Origin: Parcubacteria group bacterium M10-OD1-1
Lineage (GTDB): Bacteria; Patescibacteriota; Minisyncoccia; Moranbacterales; UBA2206
DNA: 64,000 nt
Assembly: GCA_003056145.1 (NCBI GenBank)
Contig: LSNL01000005.1
Span: 20,240-84,239, forward strand
Reading direction: 5' to 3'
Each line of letters starts with the position of its first letter. Position 1 is the first letter of the stretch. The notes below the pieces were generated by a model that was given only the letters and a program-made list of their open reading frames with translations, was not told the origin of the DNA and ran no database searches. This document shows positions 20,161 through 30,178 of this stretch, one piece after another. A program made the translations under genes and the position numbers.

Positions 20161-21349
20161 ATTTTATTTTCCTAAAAGGGGAGCGGAGAAGCATTTTTTA
20201 GACTTGATTCAGCTCTTGGGAAAAAGAGGTCACGAAGTGGCGGTTTTCTCTATGCAACATCCTAAAAATTTAAAGACAAGATGGAGCCAATATTTTGTTT
20301 CTGCAGTTGGATATACTAGTGAATATTCTTTTTGGCAAAGAGTCAAAGGAATATTTCGTGGATTTTATTCATTAGAAGCTAAAAGAAAGATTAATCAGAT
20401 TCTGGATAATTTTCAACCAGATATTGTACATATTCACAATATTTATCATCAGTTATCTCCAACTATCCTTTTTGAAATAAAGAAAAGAAATATTCCGATT
20501 ATTATGACAGTGCATGATTTTAAATTAATAAGCCCAAATTATAATCTCTATCATCAAGGAAAATTATATTCTCGAGGAAAAAATAAAAAGTATTACCAAT
20601 GTTTTTTGGATAAATGTTTTAAAAATTCTTATCTTCAAAGTTTCGCAGCAATGCTTGAAATGTATTGGCACGGTGTCATTCTTAGAACCTACGAAAAAAA
20701 TATTGATTTATTTTTAGTTCCAAGTATTTTTGTTAAAAACATTCTGGATGAGTGGGGATTTCCGATGAAAAATGTTCAGGTGTTGCCACATTTTATTTTT
20801 GAGAATAAACCAATTAAGACTAGGGAGATTCGTAGCGAAGAGAATACAAATAAGTTTGCCTTATATGCAGGAGGAATATCCAAAGATAAGGGAGTAGAAA
20901 CTTTATTAGCTATTTTTAGTGATTTGAAAGGATTGAAATTGTATTTGGCTGGTAATATTGAGGATGATATTGATATTTTAAAAAATCAAAATATCCGATA
21001 TTTAGGATTTTTAAACCAAACAATGCTTAGCTCTTATATTGAAAAATCCAATTTAGTAATTTCTGGCTCCCAACTTTCTGAAACCTTTGGATTAATTGCG
21101 CTAGAAGCTATCGCCAAAGGAAAACCTTTTGTTGGTTTTAAGAGTGGAGCGTATAGCGAGATTATTAAGAATAAATCCAATGGATTCCTAGTAGATAACA
21201 AAAAGAAGATGGCAGAAACTGTTAAAAATATTGCAGAAAATAAAATTTTATTTAATCAAGAAAAAATTCAGCAAGAAGCAATTAAGAAATTTGGAAGTAA
21301 AAAATATTTGGAAATTTTTGAAAAGATTTTGGATAGCTTCAAAAAATAA
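20138..21349 (+). CDS. Glycosyltransferase family 4
   Basis: GT-B fold; C-terminal EAIAKGKPFVGFKSGAYSEII motif (the E-x7-E region of GT4). Confidence 0.8.
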   Translation: MKILEINKFYFPKRGAEKHFLDLIQLLGKRGHEVAVFSMQHPKNLKTRWSQYFVSAVGYTSEYSFWQRVKGIFRGFYSLEAKRKINQILDNFQPDIVHIHNIYHQLSPTILFEIKKRNIPIIMTVHDFKLISPNYNLYHQGKLYSRGKNKKYYQCFLDKCFKNSYLQSFAAMLEMYWHGVILRTYEKNIDLFLVPSIFVKNILDEWGFPMKNVQVLPHFIFENKPIKTREIRSEENTNKFALYAGGISKDKGVETLLAIFSDLKGLKLYLAGNIEDDIDILKNQNIRYLGFLNQTMLSSYIEKSNLVISGSQLSETFGLIALEAIAKGKPFVGFKSGAYSEIIKNKSNGFLVDNKKKMAETVKNIAENKILFNQEKIQQEAIKKFGSKKYLEIFEKILDSFKK

Positions 21350-21379
21350 TTTTTTAAATATTTAATTAGAGAGTTTGAT

Positions 21380-21408
21380 TTGACATTTCTTCAGAATAAT
21401 GTTAGATT
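21380..21408 (+). promoter_or_regulatory. Candidate promoter TTGACA-N17-TAGATT upstream of the GT4 gene
   Basis: ttgaca at 21380-21385 and tagatt at 21403-21408, about 30 nt upstream of the start codon. Confidence 0.35.
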
Positions 21409-21438
21409 ACTAAGTTAATATATTCATTTAATTGAGGT

Positions 21439-22575
21439 ATGAAAATAGCATTTATTGGACAAAAAGGCATCCCTGCTCAATTTGGCGGAGTTGAAAAACA
21501 CACGGAGGAATTGGCAATACGTTTGGCTAAAAAGGGTCATCAAGTTTTTGTTTATGTACGAAACAATTATACGGACAAAAAGACTATTTATTATCAAGGT
21601 GTTAAATTAATTCATCTTCCTAGTATTCATTCTAAAAACTTAGATGCAATTAGCCATACTTTTTTAGCTACTTTTCATGCCCTTTTTCAGAATTATGATG
21701 TTATTCACTATCACGCTATTGGACCAAGTTCTCTAAGTTTTGTTATAAAAATATTTAAAAGAAAGACTGCTTTAATAGTTACTCATCATTGTCAAGATTA
21801 TTATCATAAAAAGTGGAGCTTTTTAGCTAAAACTTATTTGCGTTTTGGTGAATATGTTGCAATCACTTGGGCTGATAAAATAATTACCGTTTCTAAAGTT
21901 TTAGAAAGCTATATTAAAAATAAATTTCAAAAAAAAGCGGTAGTCATTCCTAATGGAGTAGATGTTTCTATTTCAGATAATAAAAATTATTTAAAAAAAT
22001 GGAACCTACAGAAAAATAGTTACATTTTATTTGTAGGTCGATTAATTAGACATAAAGGAGCACACTATTTAATTAAGGCTTTTAAGGTTTTAGAAGATAA
22101 ACATTTAACGAGAGAAAAAAAATTAGTTATTGTTGGCGATGGTTTTTATACTGATGATTATATCAGGGAACTAAAAGATTTAGCACGAGGGAGAGAAAAT
22201 ATAATTTTTACGGGTAACCAAACAAAAGAGGCTTTGGCTCAATTATTTTCACATTGTTATCTTTTTGTTCATCCGTCTCAAAGCGAAGGTTTGTCGTTAG
22301 CTTTATTAGAAGCTATGGGCTATGGAAAAGCTGTAATTGCAAGTGATATTAAAGAAAATCTAGAAGTTATCAATGATAATACAGGAAAACATTTTCAATC
22401 TGGTAATTCTGAAGATTTAGAAAAAAATATAGTTTATTTAATTAACAATCCTTTAGTAGTTAAACAACTGGGGGAAAAGGCTATGCTAGAAGCTCAAAAA
22501 AGATATAGTTGGGATAATATTGTTAATAAAACAGAAAAATTATATCAAGAAGTTTTAGAAAAAAAAGTAATTTAA
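21439..22575 (+). CDS. Glycosyltransferase family 4 with DUF1972-type N-terminus
   Basis: N-terminal KGIPAQFGGVEKH motif (DUF1972) and C-terminal GT4 motif SEGLSLALLEAMGYGKAVIASD. Confidence 0.8.
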   Translation: MKIAFIGQKGIPAQFGGVEKHTEELAIRLAKKGHQVFVYVRNNYTDKKTIYYQGVKLIHLPSIHSKNLDAISHTFLATFHALFQNYDVIHYHAIGPSSLSFVIKIFKRKTALIVTHHCQDYYHKKWSFLAKTYLRFGEYVAITWADKIITVSKVLESYIKNKFQKKAVVIPNGVDVSISDNKNYLKKWNLQKNSYILFVGRLIRHKGAHYLIKAFKVLEDKHLTREKKLVIVGDGFYTDDYIRELKDLARGRENIIFTGNQTKEALAQLFSHCYLFVHPSQSEGLSLALLEAMGYGKAVIASDIKENLEVINDNTGKHFQSGNSEDLEKNIVYLINNPLVVKQLGEKAMLEAQKRYSWDNIVNKTEKLYQEVLEKKVI

Positions 22576-22592
22576 TTCTAAGTAAAAAATCA

Positions 22593-23597
22593 ATGAAGAA
22601 TATAGTTAAATCTAAACTATTTTGGACAATTCTTATTTTAGCAACTGCTATTATTTTTATTGTGCTTATCAATGTGGAAAGAGTTTATAAATCAGAAGCT
22701 GATATTTTGATCATTCCCAGATCCGAAACAACCGTTAGAAACATAAATCAAATTATTGGAAATTTAGAAACTATTTCTTACTCTCTTTCTTTTTATGACA
22801 GAATGATAAGAGATAATAAAGATGTGTTAAATGATAGAGTTGCAGAGTTACCAGCTATCGAAAGAAAAAACTACTGGGATTCTAAAATAGAAATTAATCA
22901 TTTAAAGAACACTGGAATTCTTAGAATAATCGCTTCAGATAAGAGTCCATACCAAGCTTCAGTTTTAAATAATCAAGCTGTTAAGGATTTAGTTGCTGTT
23001 TCTTCTTTATACTATAATATTAAAACTGATATTGATGTTCGCATTATTGATGGACCAATTGGTAAATATACTACTTCTCAGTCATATTTAGTTGTGTTAA
23101 TAGAAAGTTTAGCTGGAGGGATTGTTATTGCAATACTAATTTTTCTTTTGTCAGCTAAATTATTTTGGAAGAAAGAAGATAGGAGAAATTTCAGTTCAAT
23201 AAATTTTCCATCATATGAAAAATCTTTATTTGATTTGAAAGGAGCTACCCATAAAAAAAGTTTACAAAAATTGATAGAGGATAAACCAGAAATATATTCT
23301 AATGAAATATCTCAATCAACTCTTCTAGATACCTCTCTAGCGTCATCTAAGGAAGCTGCTGCTCCTGCCAACTTACCAATTGCGTCTGATAATTTTTTTG
23401 AGAATAATTCAAAGGAAGAAAAAGTGCTTCCCGAAAAAATGGTTATTAATAATAAATTTGCGAAAAATTTGAATACTGAGAAAGCTGAAAATAAAAAAAT
23501 TAAGTCAATAAACAATAACCAAGAATCTATTATTCGCGAGGCTACTCCCGAGGAAGTCAAAGAGAGACTGAATAAATTATTGTCTGGAAAACTTTAA
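22593..23597 (+). CDS. Wzz-like membrane protein with low-complexity C-terminal tail, putative
   Basis: N-terminal TM helix, central soluble domain, second TM helix (GGIVIAILIFLL), then a Ser/Lys/Asn-rich tail. Confidence 0.35.
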   Translation: MKNIVKSKLFWTILILATAIIFIVLINVERVYKSEADILIIPRSETTVRNINQIIGNLETISYSLSFYDRMIRDNKDVLNDRVAELPAIERKNYWDSKIEINHLKNTGILRIIASDKSPYQASVLNNQAVKDLVAVSSLYYNIKTDIDVRIIDGPIGKYTTSQSYLVVLIESLAGGIVIAILIFLLSAKLFWKKEDRRNFSSINFPSYEKSLFDLKGATHKKSLQKLIEDKPEIYSNEISQSTLLDTSLASSKEAAAPANLPIASDNFFENNSKEEKVLPEKMVINNKFAKNLNTEKAENKKIKSINNNQESIIREATPEEVKERLNKLLSGKL

Positions 23598-23620
23598 AAA
23601 ATATAATCTTAAATATAAAA

Positions 23621-24991
23621 ATGGCAAAACAACATTCAAAAAAATTCTGGGTAACTTTTTGGTCAATTTCTGTGATTCTTCTCACTGGGTGGTATTTTTT
23701 TCTACAAATTAAGAATCAAAATATACAGACTATAAATACCGTTATAGATTATTTACCAGTCAATTTAAGCAAGAAAACTGAGCTTAAATCTGTCGCATAT
23801 TTTGCAAAGTATCTATTTAATCATGACAACCAAGAAAAAATATTTTTGATTCTTTTTCAAAATAATATGGAACTTAGGCCAGGTGGAGGATACATTGGAT
23901 CCTTTGGAATTTTAAAAATGAAAAACGGAAAAATAGTTGATTTGCAAACCCATGATCTTTCTAATTTTGATGTTCGGGTTCCTAACGGCATAGAACCACC
24001 GTATCCAATGAAACAAATATTAGGAATTAAATCTTGGAAACTAAGAGATTCTAATTTTTCACCTGATTTTCCAACTAATGCTAAGAAAGCTGAATATTTT
24101 TATTCCTTAGGACAGGGACAAGAAAAATTTGATGGAGTAGTGGCTATTAATACTAATGTACTAAGTTCATTTCTAAATGTAATGGGACCAATTAAAATAG
24201 CTGGCTATCCTGGTATTTATAATAACCAAAATGCTATTTTAAATTTAGAATATCAGGTAGAGAAAGGCTACGCCAAACAAGGTATTAAAAAAGAGGACCG
24301 AAAGTCAATTATGAATATTTTGGCAAGTAAAATTATGAAAAAATCTTTTCAATTAAGCAATTCTAAAAAAATAGAATTAGCAAAAATTATTTTGCAAGAT
24401 TTAAAAGAAAAAGATATTCAATTATATTTTAAAAATTCTCACTTAGAAGAAAAAGCTCAAATAGTTGGTTGGGCAGGAACAGTTAATAAAAAACAACGAG
24501 GAGATTATCTGATGTTGGTAGATGCTAATCTAGGATCGTTTAAAAGTGATTACTACATCAAACGTAGTTTTGATTATACTGTTGATTTGTCAAAAAATAT
24601 TCCAACAGTTGATTTAAAAATAACTTATCAGCATACAGGAAAAGTGAAAGATTGGATGACAAAAAACTATTTAACCTATCTTCGAGTATTTGTTCCAGAT
24701 GGATCCTGGCTTCTAAATGCTCAAACTTTAGGAAAAGTTAAATTTGGGAATGAACTAGGGAGAAAATATTTTGGTTTAATTGTTAAAGTACCTTTAGCTC
24801 AGAAACGAACCGTAGAATTGAAGTATGCCTTACCTAAAAATTTGATTTTAAAAAATTATAATTTGCTTATTCAGAAACAATCTGGCGTAGAAAATATACC
24901 AGGACATTTAACGGTAATCCGTAAAAATGGCACAAGAGAAGAAGAAAATTTTATTCTGACTAGTAATTGGTCTTTTGGAATCAAAAAATAA
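23621..24991 (+). CDS. Membrane-anchored extracytoplasmic protein, possibly DUF4012 family
   Basis: Single N-terminal TM helix then a 420-aa soluble domain; such proteins often accompany CPR/Gram-positive cell-wall glycan loci; family call is from memory only. Confidence 0.35.
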   Translation: MAKQHSKKFWVTFWSISVILLTGWYFFLQIKNQNIQTINTVIDYLPVNLSKKTELKSVAYFAKYLFNHDNQEKIFLILFQNNMELRPGGGYIGSFGILKMKNGKIVDLQTHDLSNFDVRVPNGIEPPYPMKQILGIKSWKLRDSNFSPDFPTNAKKAEYFYSLGQGQEKFDGVVAINTNVLSSFLNVMGPIKIAGYPGIYNNQNAILNLEYQVEKGYAKQGIKKEDRKSIMNILASKIMKKSFQLSNSKKIELAKIILQDLKEKDIQLYFKNSHLEEKAQIVGWAGTVNKKQRGDYLMLVDANLGSFKSDYYIKRSFDYTVDLSKNIPTVDLKITYQHTGKVKDWMTKNYLTYLRVFVPDGSWLLNAQTLGKVKFGNELGRKYFGLIVKVPLAQKRTVELKYALPKNLILKNYNLLIQKQSGVENIPGHLTVIRKNGTREEENFILTSNWSFGIKK

Positions 24992-25026
24992 AAAAATTTG
25001 ATTAATGAATTTTAACCTGTTATTTT

Positions 25027-26556
25027 TTATAAGCTGGCAATCCCAAGAAAAGGAATTTTTTCAGGAAACGCAATAGAGGTTAATGTTGCTTGATCATTGT
25101 CTTGAAGATTAGTAAAATAAAGTTTTTCTAGAAATCCATTATAAGTAACTAATGGATTTTTTGAATTACTTTTAATAATATCCATACAATTCTTATGATC
25201 ACGTGGATCTAATTCAATTATTTTGATAGTATTTCCAACACTAAATATTATATGTTCATAATCCTTGAACCATTGAACATTCTTTATTTTTTCTGAGTAA
25301 CGAGTAATATTTTCTAGTTCATTTTCTTGACGAATAGGTTGAACCTTCCAGTCATGAAGAAAATAAACTAAAATTTCATTCTGAGACCAAAAAAGAAGTT
25401 TTTTCCCATCATTAGAAAAACTTACCGAACGGATTTTTTGACCTAGTTTTTTAAAATAAGTTCGATGTTCACCTTGGTTATAGATATAAAGATTTCTATT
25501 TTTAGAGAGTAACACTATTCTAGAATTATCGTAAGCTATTAAATTAGAAATAAAAATATTATTGGAGTCAGGGAAATAATTAGTAATCTGAATAGGTGTT
25601 GATTTTCCATCTAAATTTATTTTAAAAACTAAATTATTGGGTCTTTGTACATAGTAAACTCCAGTTTGAGAAATATCATAGCTAGAAATATTAGAAGCAA
25701 TTTTTGTTAAACTAGCTGGTTTAGTAATATTAACTCGGTATAATTTTTTTCTACTTAAAAAGAAGAGATAATTTTTATTAACTGGATCCCAGCGAATTTT
25801 TTCTAGAGATCTTTTTTTAACAAATTTGTTTAAATTAAAGAAAGTTTTATTAGCTAAATTAGCGATTAGATAAGCATAATGAGGTTTTTCGCTGTATTTA
25901 TTGGAAAAAATGGTTTTTTTCTGTACTGGTAGGGAAATAAATAATTCATTAGGTGACCATTCAATATTTTCTTGTTTAGAATTACTGGCTAATTTCCAGC
26001 CAATAAAATTTAGAGAAGAGACTGTAGTTTGATTCGTAATTTTTAAAATCTTAGTAAGAAATCCCTGATTTGAGTTTTGAGTGTAAGCTAAAAAATTATT
26101 TTTAGGCGAAAAAAAGAATTTACTAATTTTGGGAGTATTATTATTAAATTGCTGATATTTTTTGCGAACTAAGAGTATATTCCAAAATTCAGTAGATAAT
26201 CCACTATGTACATTCACTCTTTTACTCCAAGTATCAAATCCAGGGGCAAAAATTTTAATAGAATATTTTTGTGGTAACAAACCAACAGCGCTGTAAACAT
26301 TATTCAGAATACTAATTCTACTAGAATTAGTAACTTTCCCATTTAAACTAATTTTAACTGCTTGAGGATTAGATTTAAAGGTAATAGCTCCGCTATAAAC
26401 AAAAACACCTCGCTGAGTATCAAAGCGGTAGCCTTTAGCATGTAAAATAATTAAAGGCGCAGTTATTAAAAATAATAAAACTAAAATCCAAAAGAATAAA
26501 GTTCTCTTCCATTTTCTCATATTTTTATCATAGTGGTTAAACTTAATTTTGTCCAC
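25027..26556 (-). CDS. PEGA domain protein fused to a TolB-like beta-propeller region
   Basis: N-terminal TM helix; PEGA-like segment (YSIKIFAPGFDTWSKRVNV); remainder rich in repetitive beta-strand blades. Confidence 0.55.
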   Translation of the reverse strand: MDKIKFNHYDKNMRKWKRTLFFWILVLLFLITAPLIILHAKGYRFDTQRGVFVYSGAITFKSNPQAVKISLNGKVTNSSRISILNNVYSAVGLLPQKYSIKIFAPGFDTWSKRVNVHSGLSTEFWNILLVRKKYQQFNNNTPKISKFFFSPKNNFLAYTQNSNQGFLTKILKITNQTTVSSLNFIGWKLASNSKQENIEWSPNELFISLPVQKKTIFSNKYSEKPHYAYLIANLANKTFFNLNKFVKKRSLEKIRWDPVNKNYLFFLSRKKLYRVNITKPASLTKIASNISSYDISQTGVYYVQRPNNLVFKINLDGKSTPIQITNYFPDSNNIFISNLIAYDNSRIVLLSKNRNLYIYNQGEHRTYFKKLGQKIRSVSFSNDGKKLLFWSQNEILVYFLHDWKVQPIRQENELENITRYSEKIKNVQWFKDYEHIIFSVGNTIKIIELDPRDHKNCMDIIKSNSKNPLVTYNGFLEKLYFTNLQDNDQATLTSIAFPEKIPFLGIASL

Positions 26557-26651
26557 CTAAAAAAAGCTAAATCAACTAATCTTAGGTAATCATTGACATA
26601 GCTTATAGAATACGATATAGTATTTAAGTAATCATTTTAGAAATTTAGCTT

Positions 26652-26960
26652 ATGTTAGCTATTATAAAAACTGGAGGGAAACAATATAAAGTTGCTTCTG
26701 GAGATAAAATTAAAATAGAAAAATTAGATGGGGAAGTAGGGGATAAGATAACTTTCTCAGAGGTTCTTTTTGTAGGAGATGAGAAATCAGTTAAGATTGG
26801 CACTCCTATTATAAAGAGTGTTGTAGTAGAAGGAACGATTTTAGCAACCGCTAAAGATAAAAAAGTAACCGGAATCAAGTTTAAACCGAAAAAAAGATAT
26901 AAAGTTAAGTTTGGACACCGACAAATAATGACAGAAGTAGAAATCACTAAAATAGCTTAA
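26652..26960 (+). CDS. rplU: 50S ribosomal protein L21
   Basis: MLAIIKTGGKQYKV... classic bL21 N-terminus, 102 aa. Confidence 0.9.
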   Translation: MLAIIKTGGKQYKVASGDKIKIEKLDGEVGDKITFSEVLFVGDEKSVKIGTPIIKSVVVEGTILATAKDKKVTGIKFKPKKRYKVKFGHRQIMTEVEITKIA

Positions 26961-27086
26961 CTATTTTACTTTGTAGTTAAAAAATTCAAAAATAGGATAA
27001 GGCAAATTAAAAAACATCGATTAAAAGATGTTTTTTAATTTGCCTCTTTGAAATTTATATTTATAACTATACTAATAAAAGAAATA

Positions 27087-27683
27087 TTAAGTAAACTCCT
27101 TTCTATTTGTCAGCGCGCTAGAAAGAGTGATCTCATCAGCATATTCGATATCTCCACCAGTAGAAAGTCCTCTAGCTAATCGAGTAACTTTAACCCCAAG
27201 GGGTCTAATAGTACGTAATATATACAAAGCAGTTGCATCTCCTTCTGTAGTCGGATTAGTAGCTAAAATAACTTCTTTAATTTTCTCGTTAGTAATTCTT
27301 TCCTCTAGCTCGCTAAGTTTTATTTTTCCTTGCTCTGATTTTCTTACTAGTCCAATAGTTCCACCTAAAACATGATAAATACCCTGATATTTTTTAGTTC
27401 GTTCAATAGCAATTACATCCAAAGGGTCTTCTACTACACAAATTCTTTTAAGCTGGCGAGAAGAATCTTGACAAATTTCACATAGATTTTCTTCACTAAT
27501 ATTAAAACATCGTTGACAATAGCGAAGATTAATTTTTAATTCTTTCAGTGTAGTTCCAAAATTTTCTAAAAAGTCTTTATCTTGCTTAAAGAGATAGAGA
27601 ACTAGTCTTTCGGCCATTTTAGGCCCAATCGAAGGAAGGCTGGCAAAATAATCTATTAACTTTTTAAAAGATTTGGGATACAT
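27087..27683 (-). CDS. recR: Recombination protein RecR
   Basis: HhH N-terminus (LPSIGPKMAERL), C4 zinc finger (CQRCFNISEENLCEIC), Toprim domain. Confidence 0.9.
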   Translation of the reverse strand: MYPKSFKKLIDYFASLPSIGPKMAERLVLYLFKQDKDFLENFGTTLKELKINLRYCQRCFNISEENLCEICQDSSRQLKRICVVEDPLDVIAIERTKKYQGIYHVLGGTIGLVRKSEQGKIKLSELEERITNEKIKEVILATNPTTEGDATALYILRTIRPLGVKVTRLARGLSTGGDIEYADEITLSSALTNRKEFT

Positions 27684-27704
27684 TAAATTTGATTACTAAA
27701 AAAA

Positions 27705-29081
27705 TTATTCAGTGGCTATTTCATTCTCGGCGTGAGTTTTTTCTAAAGATTTAAAAGTAGTAGAATTTTCATTGAAATATAAAGCTAATTTTCCAATGGG
27801 TCCGTTTCTGTGCTTAGCAATATATACATCTACAATATTTTTATTAGGAGTGTCAGGTTTTTCTCGGTCTTCTCGATAAAGAAGCATAACAATATCAGCA
27901 TCCTGCTCAATAGAGCCAGATTCTCTTAAATCAGATAGTTTTGGAATTTGGGGACTTCTAGATTCCACAGCTCTACTTAACTGAGAAAGAGCAATAATAG
28001 GAACATTTAATTCACGAGCTAATTGTTTTAAGGCTCTAGAAATTTCTGATATTTCGTTAACTCTATTATCTCCACTGCCACGACCTTCCATTAGCTGTAG
28101 ATAGTCAATAATAATAACACCAACATTATGTTCTGATTGTAACCTTCTTGCCATTGTTCTCATTTCCATGACATTAGCTGATCCAGCATCATCAATAAAA
28201 ATTGGAGCCTCACTTAAAACACCCATTGCTTCTCCAATTCTCTCAAAATCATCATCACCATCGCCAGTTTTTAATTGTCCTGTCCTTAATCGCCAAAGAT
28301 CTACATTAGATTGGGCTGCTAACATTCTGTCTATTAATTGATCAGCAGACATTTCTAAAGAAAAAATTCCAACTGGGATTTTTTCTTTAATAGCAATTTG
28401 TCTAGCTAAATCTAAAGCTAAAGTAGTTTTACCAATGGATGGTCTAGCAGCTAAAATGACTAAATCAGACTTTTGAAAACCAGCTAAGATTTTATCTAAA
28501 TCAGCAAATCCAGTAGGAATGCCTCGCAATTTATGGTCTCCTTTATGTAATTCATCTATTCTATTAAAAGCAGCTTCTAAGATAGATTTAATAGGGATAA
28601 AATCTTGTTTAATATATTTTTGAGAAACAGCAAAAAGCTTTTGTTCAGCCAAATCAAGAACCTTTTCTACATCTTCACTTTCATTATAGCCAAGCTCTAA
28701 AATTTCATTAGCAGAAGAAATTAATTTTCTTAAGGTTGATTTTTTCTGTACTAATTTTGCATAATGTACAATATTAGAACTAGAAGGCACGGAATTAACT
28801 AAGGTTGTTAGATAACTAGAACCACCTATTTTATCTAATTGTTTTTTTTCTTCTAATTTATTAGATAAACTTAAAACATCAATTGGTTCACGCTTCTCAT
28901 AAAGCTCAATCATTGCTTTAAATATTAGATTATGAGCTTCTTTGTAGAAATCTCCAATTCTTACAATATTAGCTACTTTAATAATGGCATCTTTATCCAG
29001 CATTAAAGCTCCTAGCATAGAACTCTCTGCTTCTAAATTATGTGGAGGTATTTTTATATTTTTAGTTGAAGTGCTAGACAT
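27705..29081 (-). CDS. dnaB: Replicative DNA helicase DnaB
   Basis: DnaB N-terminal domain (PHNLEAESSMLGALMLD), Walker A ARPSIGKT, RecA-like C-terminal domain; no intein. Confidence 0.9.
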   Translation of the reverse strand: MSSTSTKNIKIPPHNLEAESSMLGALMLDKDAIIKVANIVRIGDFYKEAHNLIFKAMIELYEKREPIDVLSLSNKLEEKKQLDKIGGSSYLTTLVNSVPSSSNIVHYAKLVQKKSTLRKLISSANEILELGYNESEDVEKVLDLAEQKLFAVSQKYIKQDFIPIKSILEAAFNRIDELHKGDHKLRGIPTGFADLDKILAGFQKSDLVILAARPSIGKTTLALDLARQIAIKEKIPVGIFSLEMSADQLIDRMLAAQSNVDLWRLRTGQLKTGDGDDDFERIGEAMGVLSEAPIFIDDAGSANVMEMRTMARRLQSEHNVGVIIIDYLQLMEGRGSGDNRVNEISEISRALKQLARELNVPIIALSQLSRAVESRSPQIPKLSDLRESGSIEQDADIVMLLYREDREKPDTPNKNIVDVYIAKHRNGPIGKLALYFNENSTTFKSLEKTHAENEIATE

Positions 29082-29164
29082 AAAATAATAAATTATTTAT
29101 TGAATATTAATAGGTTATTTCAGTATATCAATATTTTTTTGAAAAATCAACTAGAAACATGGAC

Positions 29165-30145
29165 TCATTTTAAATTAACTAAATCAGTGCTTAAGCCTTC
29201 TTTTAAAATAGTCTTTATTTCCTTTAGGCTTTCAGCTCTGACTAATTTCTTTCTTAATTGAGATGCTCCAGCAAAACCCTTGAGATACCAAACTAAATGT
29301 TTTCGAATTTCTAATATTCCACTAGTCGATTTAGTAGTTTTAATAATTTCAGCGTGTTGGAATATTATTTTTTTAATTTTTTCAAAGTCATATTTTTCAT
29401 AAACGCCAGTTGAAAGAAAATCTTTAATTTGCTGAAATAAATAAGGCTTTCCTAGAGCTCCTCTAGCAATACCTAATCCATCAATTAAGGGATAGATTTT
29501 TAAAATCTTTGAGGCATCTTCTGGAGAATTAATACCTCCATTAGCTAAAATTATTTTATTAGGGATTACTTGTTTAATTTTTTCTATTAATTGAAAATTA
29601 ACTGGTCCAGAAAATTTTTCTTCATAGGTTCTGCCATGAACCATAAGAGCAGAATAGGGGAGGTCTTGAATATTTTGGATAAATTCTAAAGCATCAGTAT
29701 CTTTCAATCCAGCCCTAATTTTAAGAGAGACTGGTAAATTAGTATGAGCCAATACATTTTTAATAATCTCACGAGCCAATTCTTTTTGAAGCATTAAAGC
29801 ACAACCGCTACCGTGTTTAAAAACTTTTCTAGCAGGACATCCAAAATTAATATCAATTCCAGCTGGTTTAATTTTTTGTGTAATTATTTGAGTAGCTACG
29901 GAAAAATGTTCTGGATTATTACCAAATAATTGAACTACATAAGGATTTTCTTTTTTATCAAATTTAACTAATTCTAAAGTTTTTTGAGGTTTAAAAAATA
30001 AAGCGGAAACACTTGCCATTTCTGAATAAACTACATCAGCTCCAGACAATTTGCAAATCTGTCTAAAAGCACTATCAGTAATACCAGCCATTGGAGCTAA
30101 GGCCAAAATAGGTTTATTTATTTTTTCCCAAAAATTATTTTTCAT
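29165..30145 (-). CDS. dusB: tRNA-dihydrouridine synthase (DusB-like)
   Basis: LAPMAGITDSAFR and NFGCPARKV (catalytic Cys) motifs. Confidence 0.85.
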   Translation of the reverse strand: MKNNFWEKINKPILALAPMAGITDSAFRQICKLSGADVVYSEMASVSALFFKPQKTLELVKFDKKENPYVVQLFGNNPEHFSVATQIITQKIKPAGIDINFGCPARKVFKHGSGCALMLQKELAREIIKNVLAHTNLPVSLKIRAGLKDTDALEFIQNIQDLPYSALMVHGRTYEEKFSGPVNFQLIEKIKQVIPNKIILANGGINSPEDASKILKIYPLIDGLGIARGALGKPYLFQQIKDFLSTGVYEKYDFEKIKKIIFQHAEIIKTTKSTSGILEIRKHLVWYLKGFAGASQLRKKLVRAESLKEIKTILKEGLSTDLVNLK

Positions 30146-30178
30146 AAAAAGGTCAATGAATAATTGAAGAACGGCTTA

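Noticed and set aside
21350-21438. The agagtttgatttgac string upstream of the GT4 gene resembling the 16S 5' end (agagtttgatcc)
   Set aside because: It is a short chance similarity and no rRNA follows; it coincides with the -35 of a candidate promoter.
27705-29081. Possible intein or intron in dnaB, or an insertion in the 16S rRNA gene, as often seen in CPR
   Set aside because: DnaB is 458 aa with contiguous motifs, and the 16S is about 1.48 kb with no extra-long insertions. Neither shows evidence of intervening sequences.
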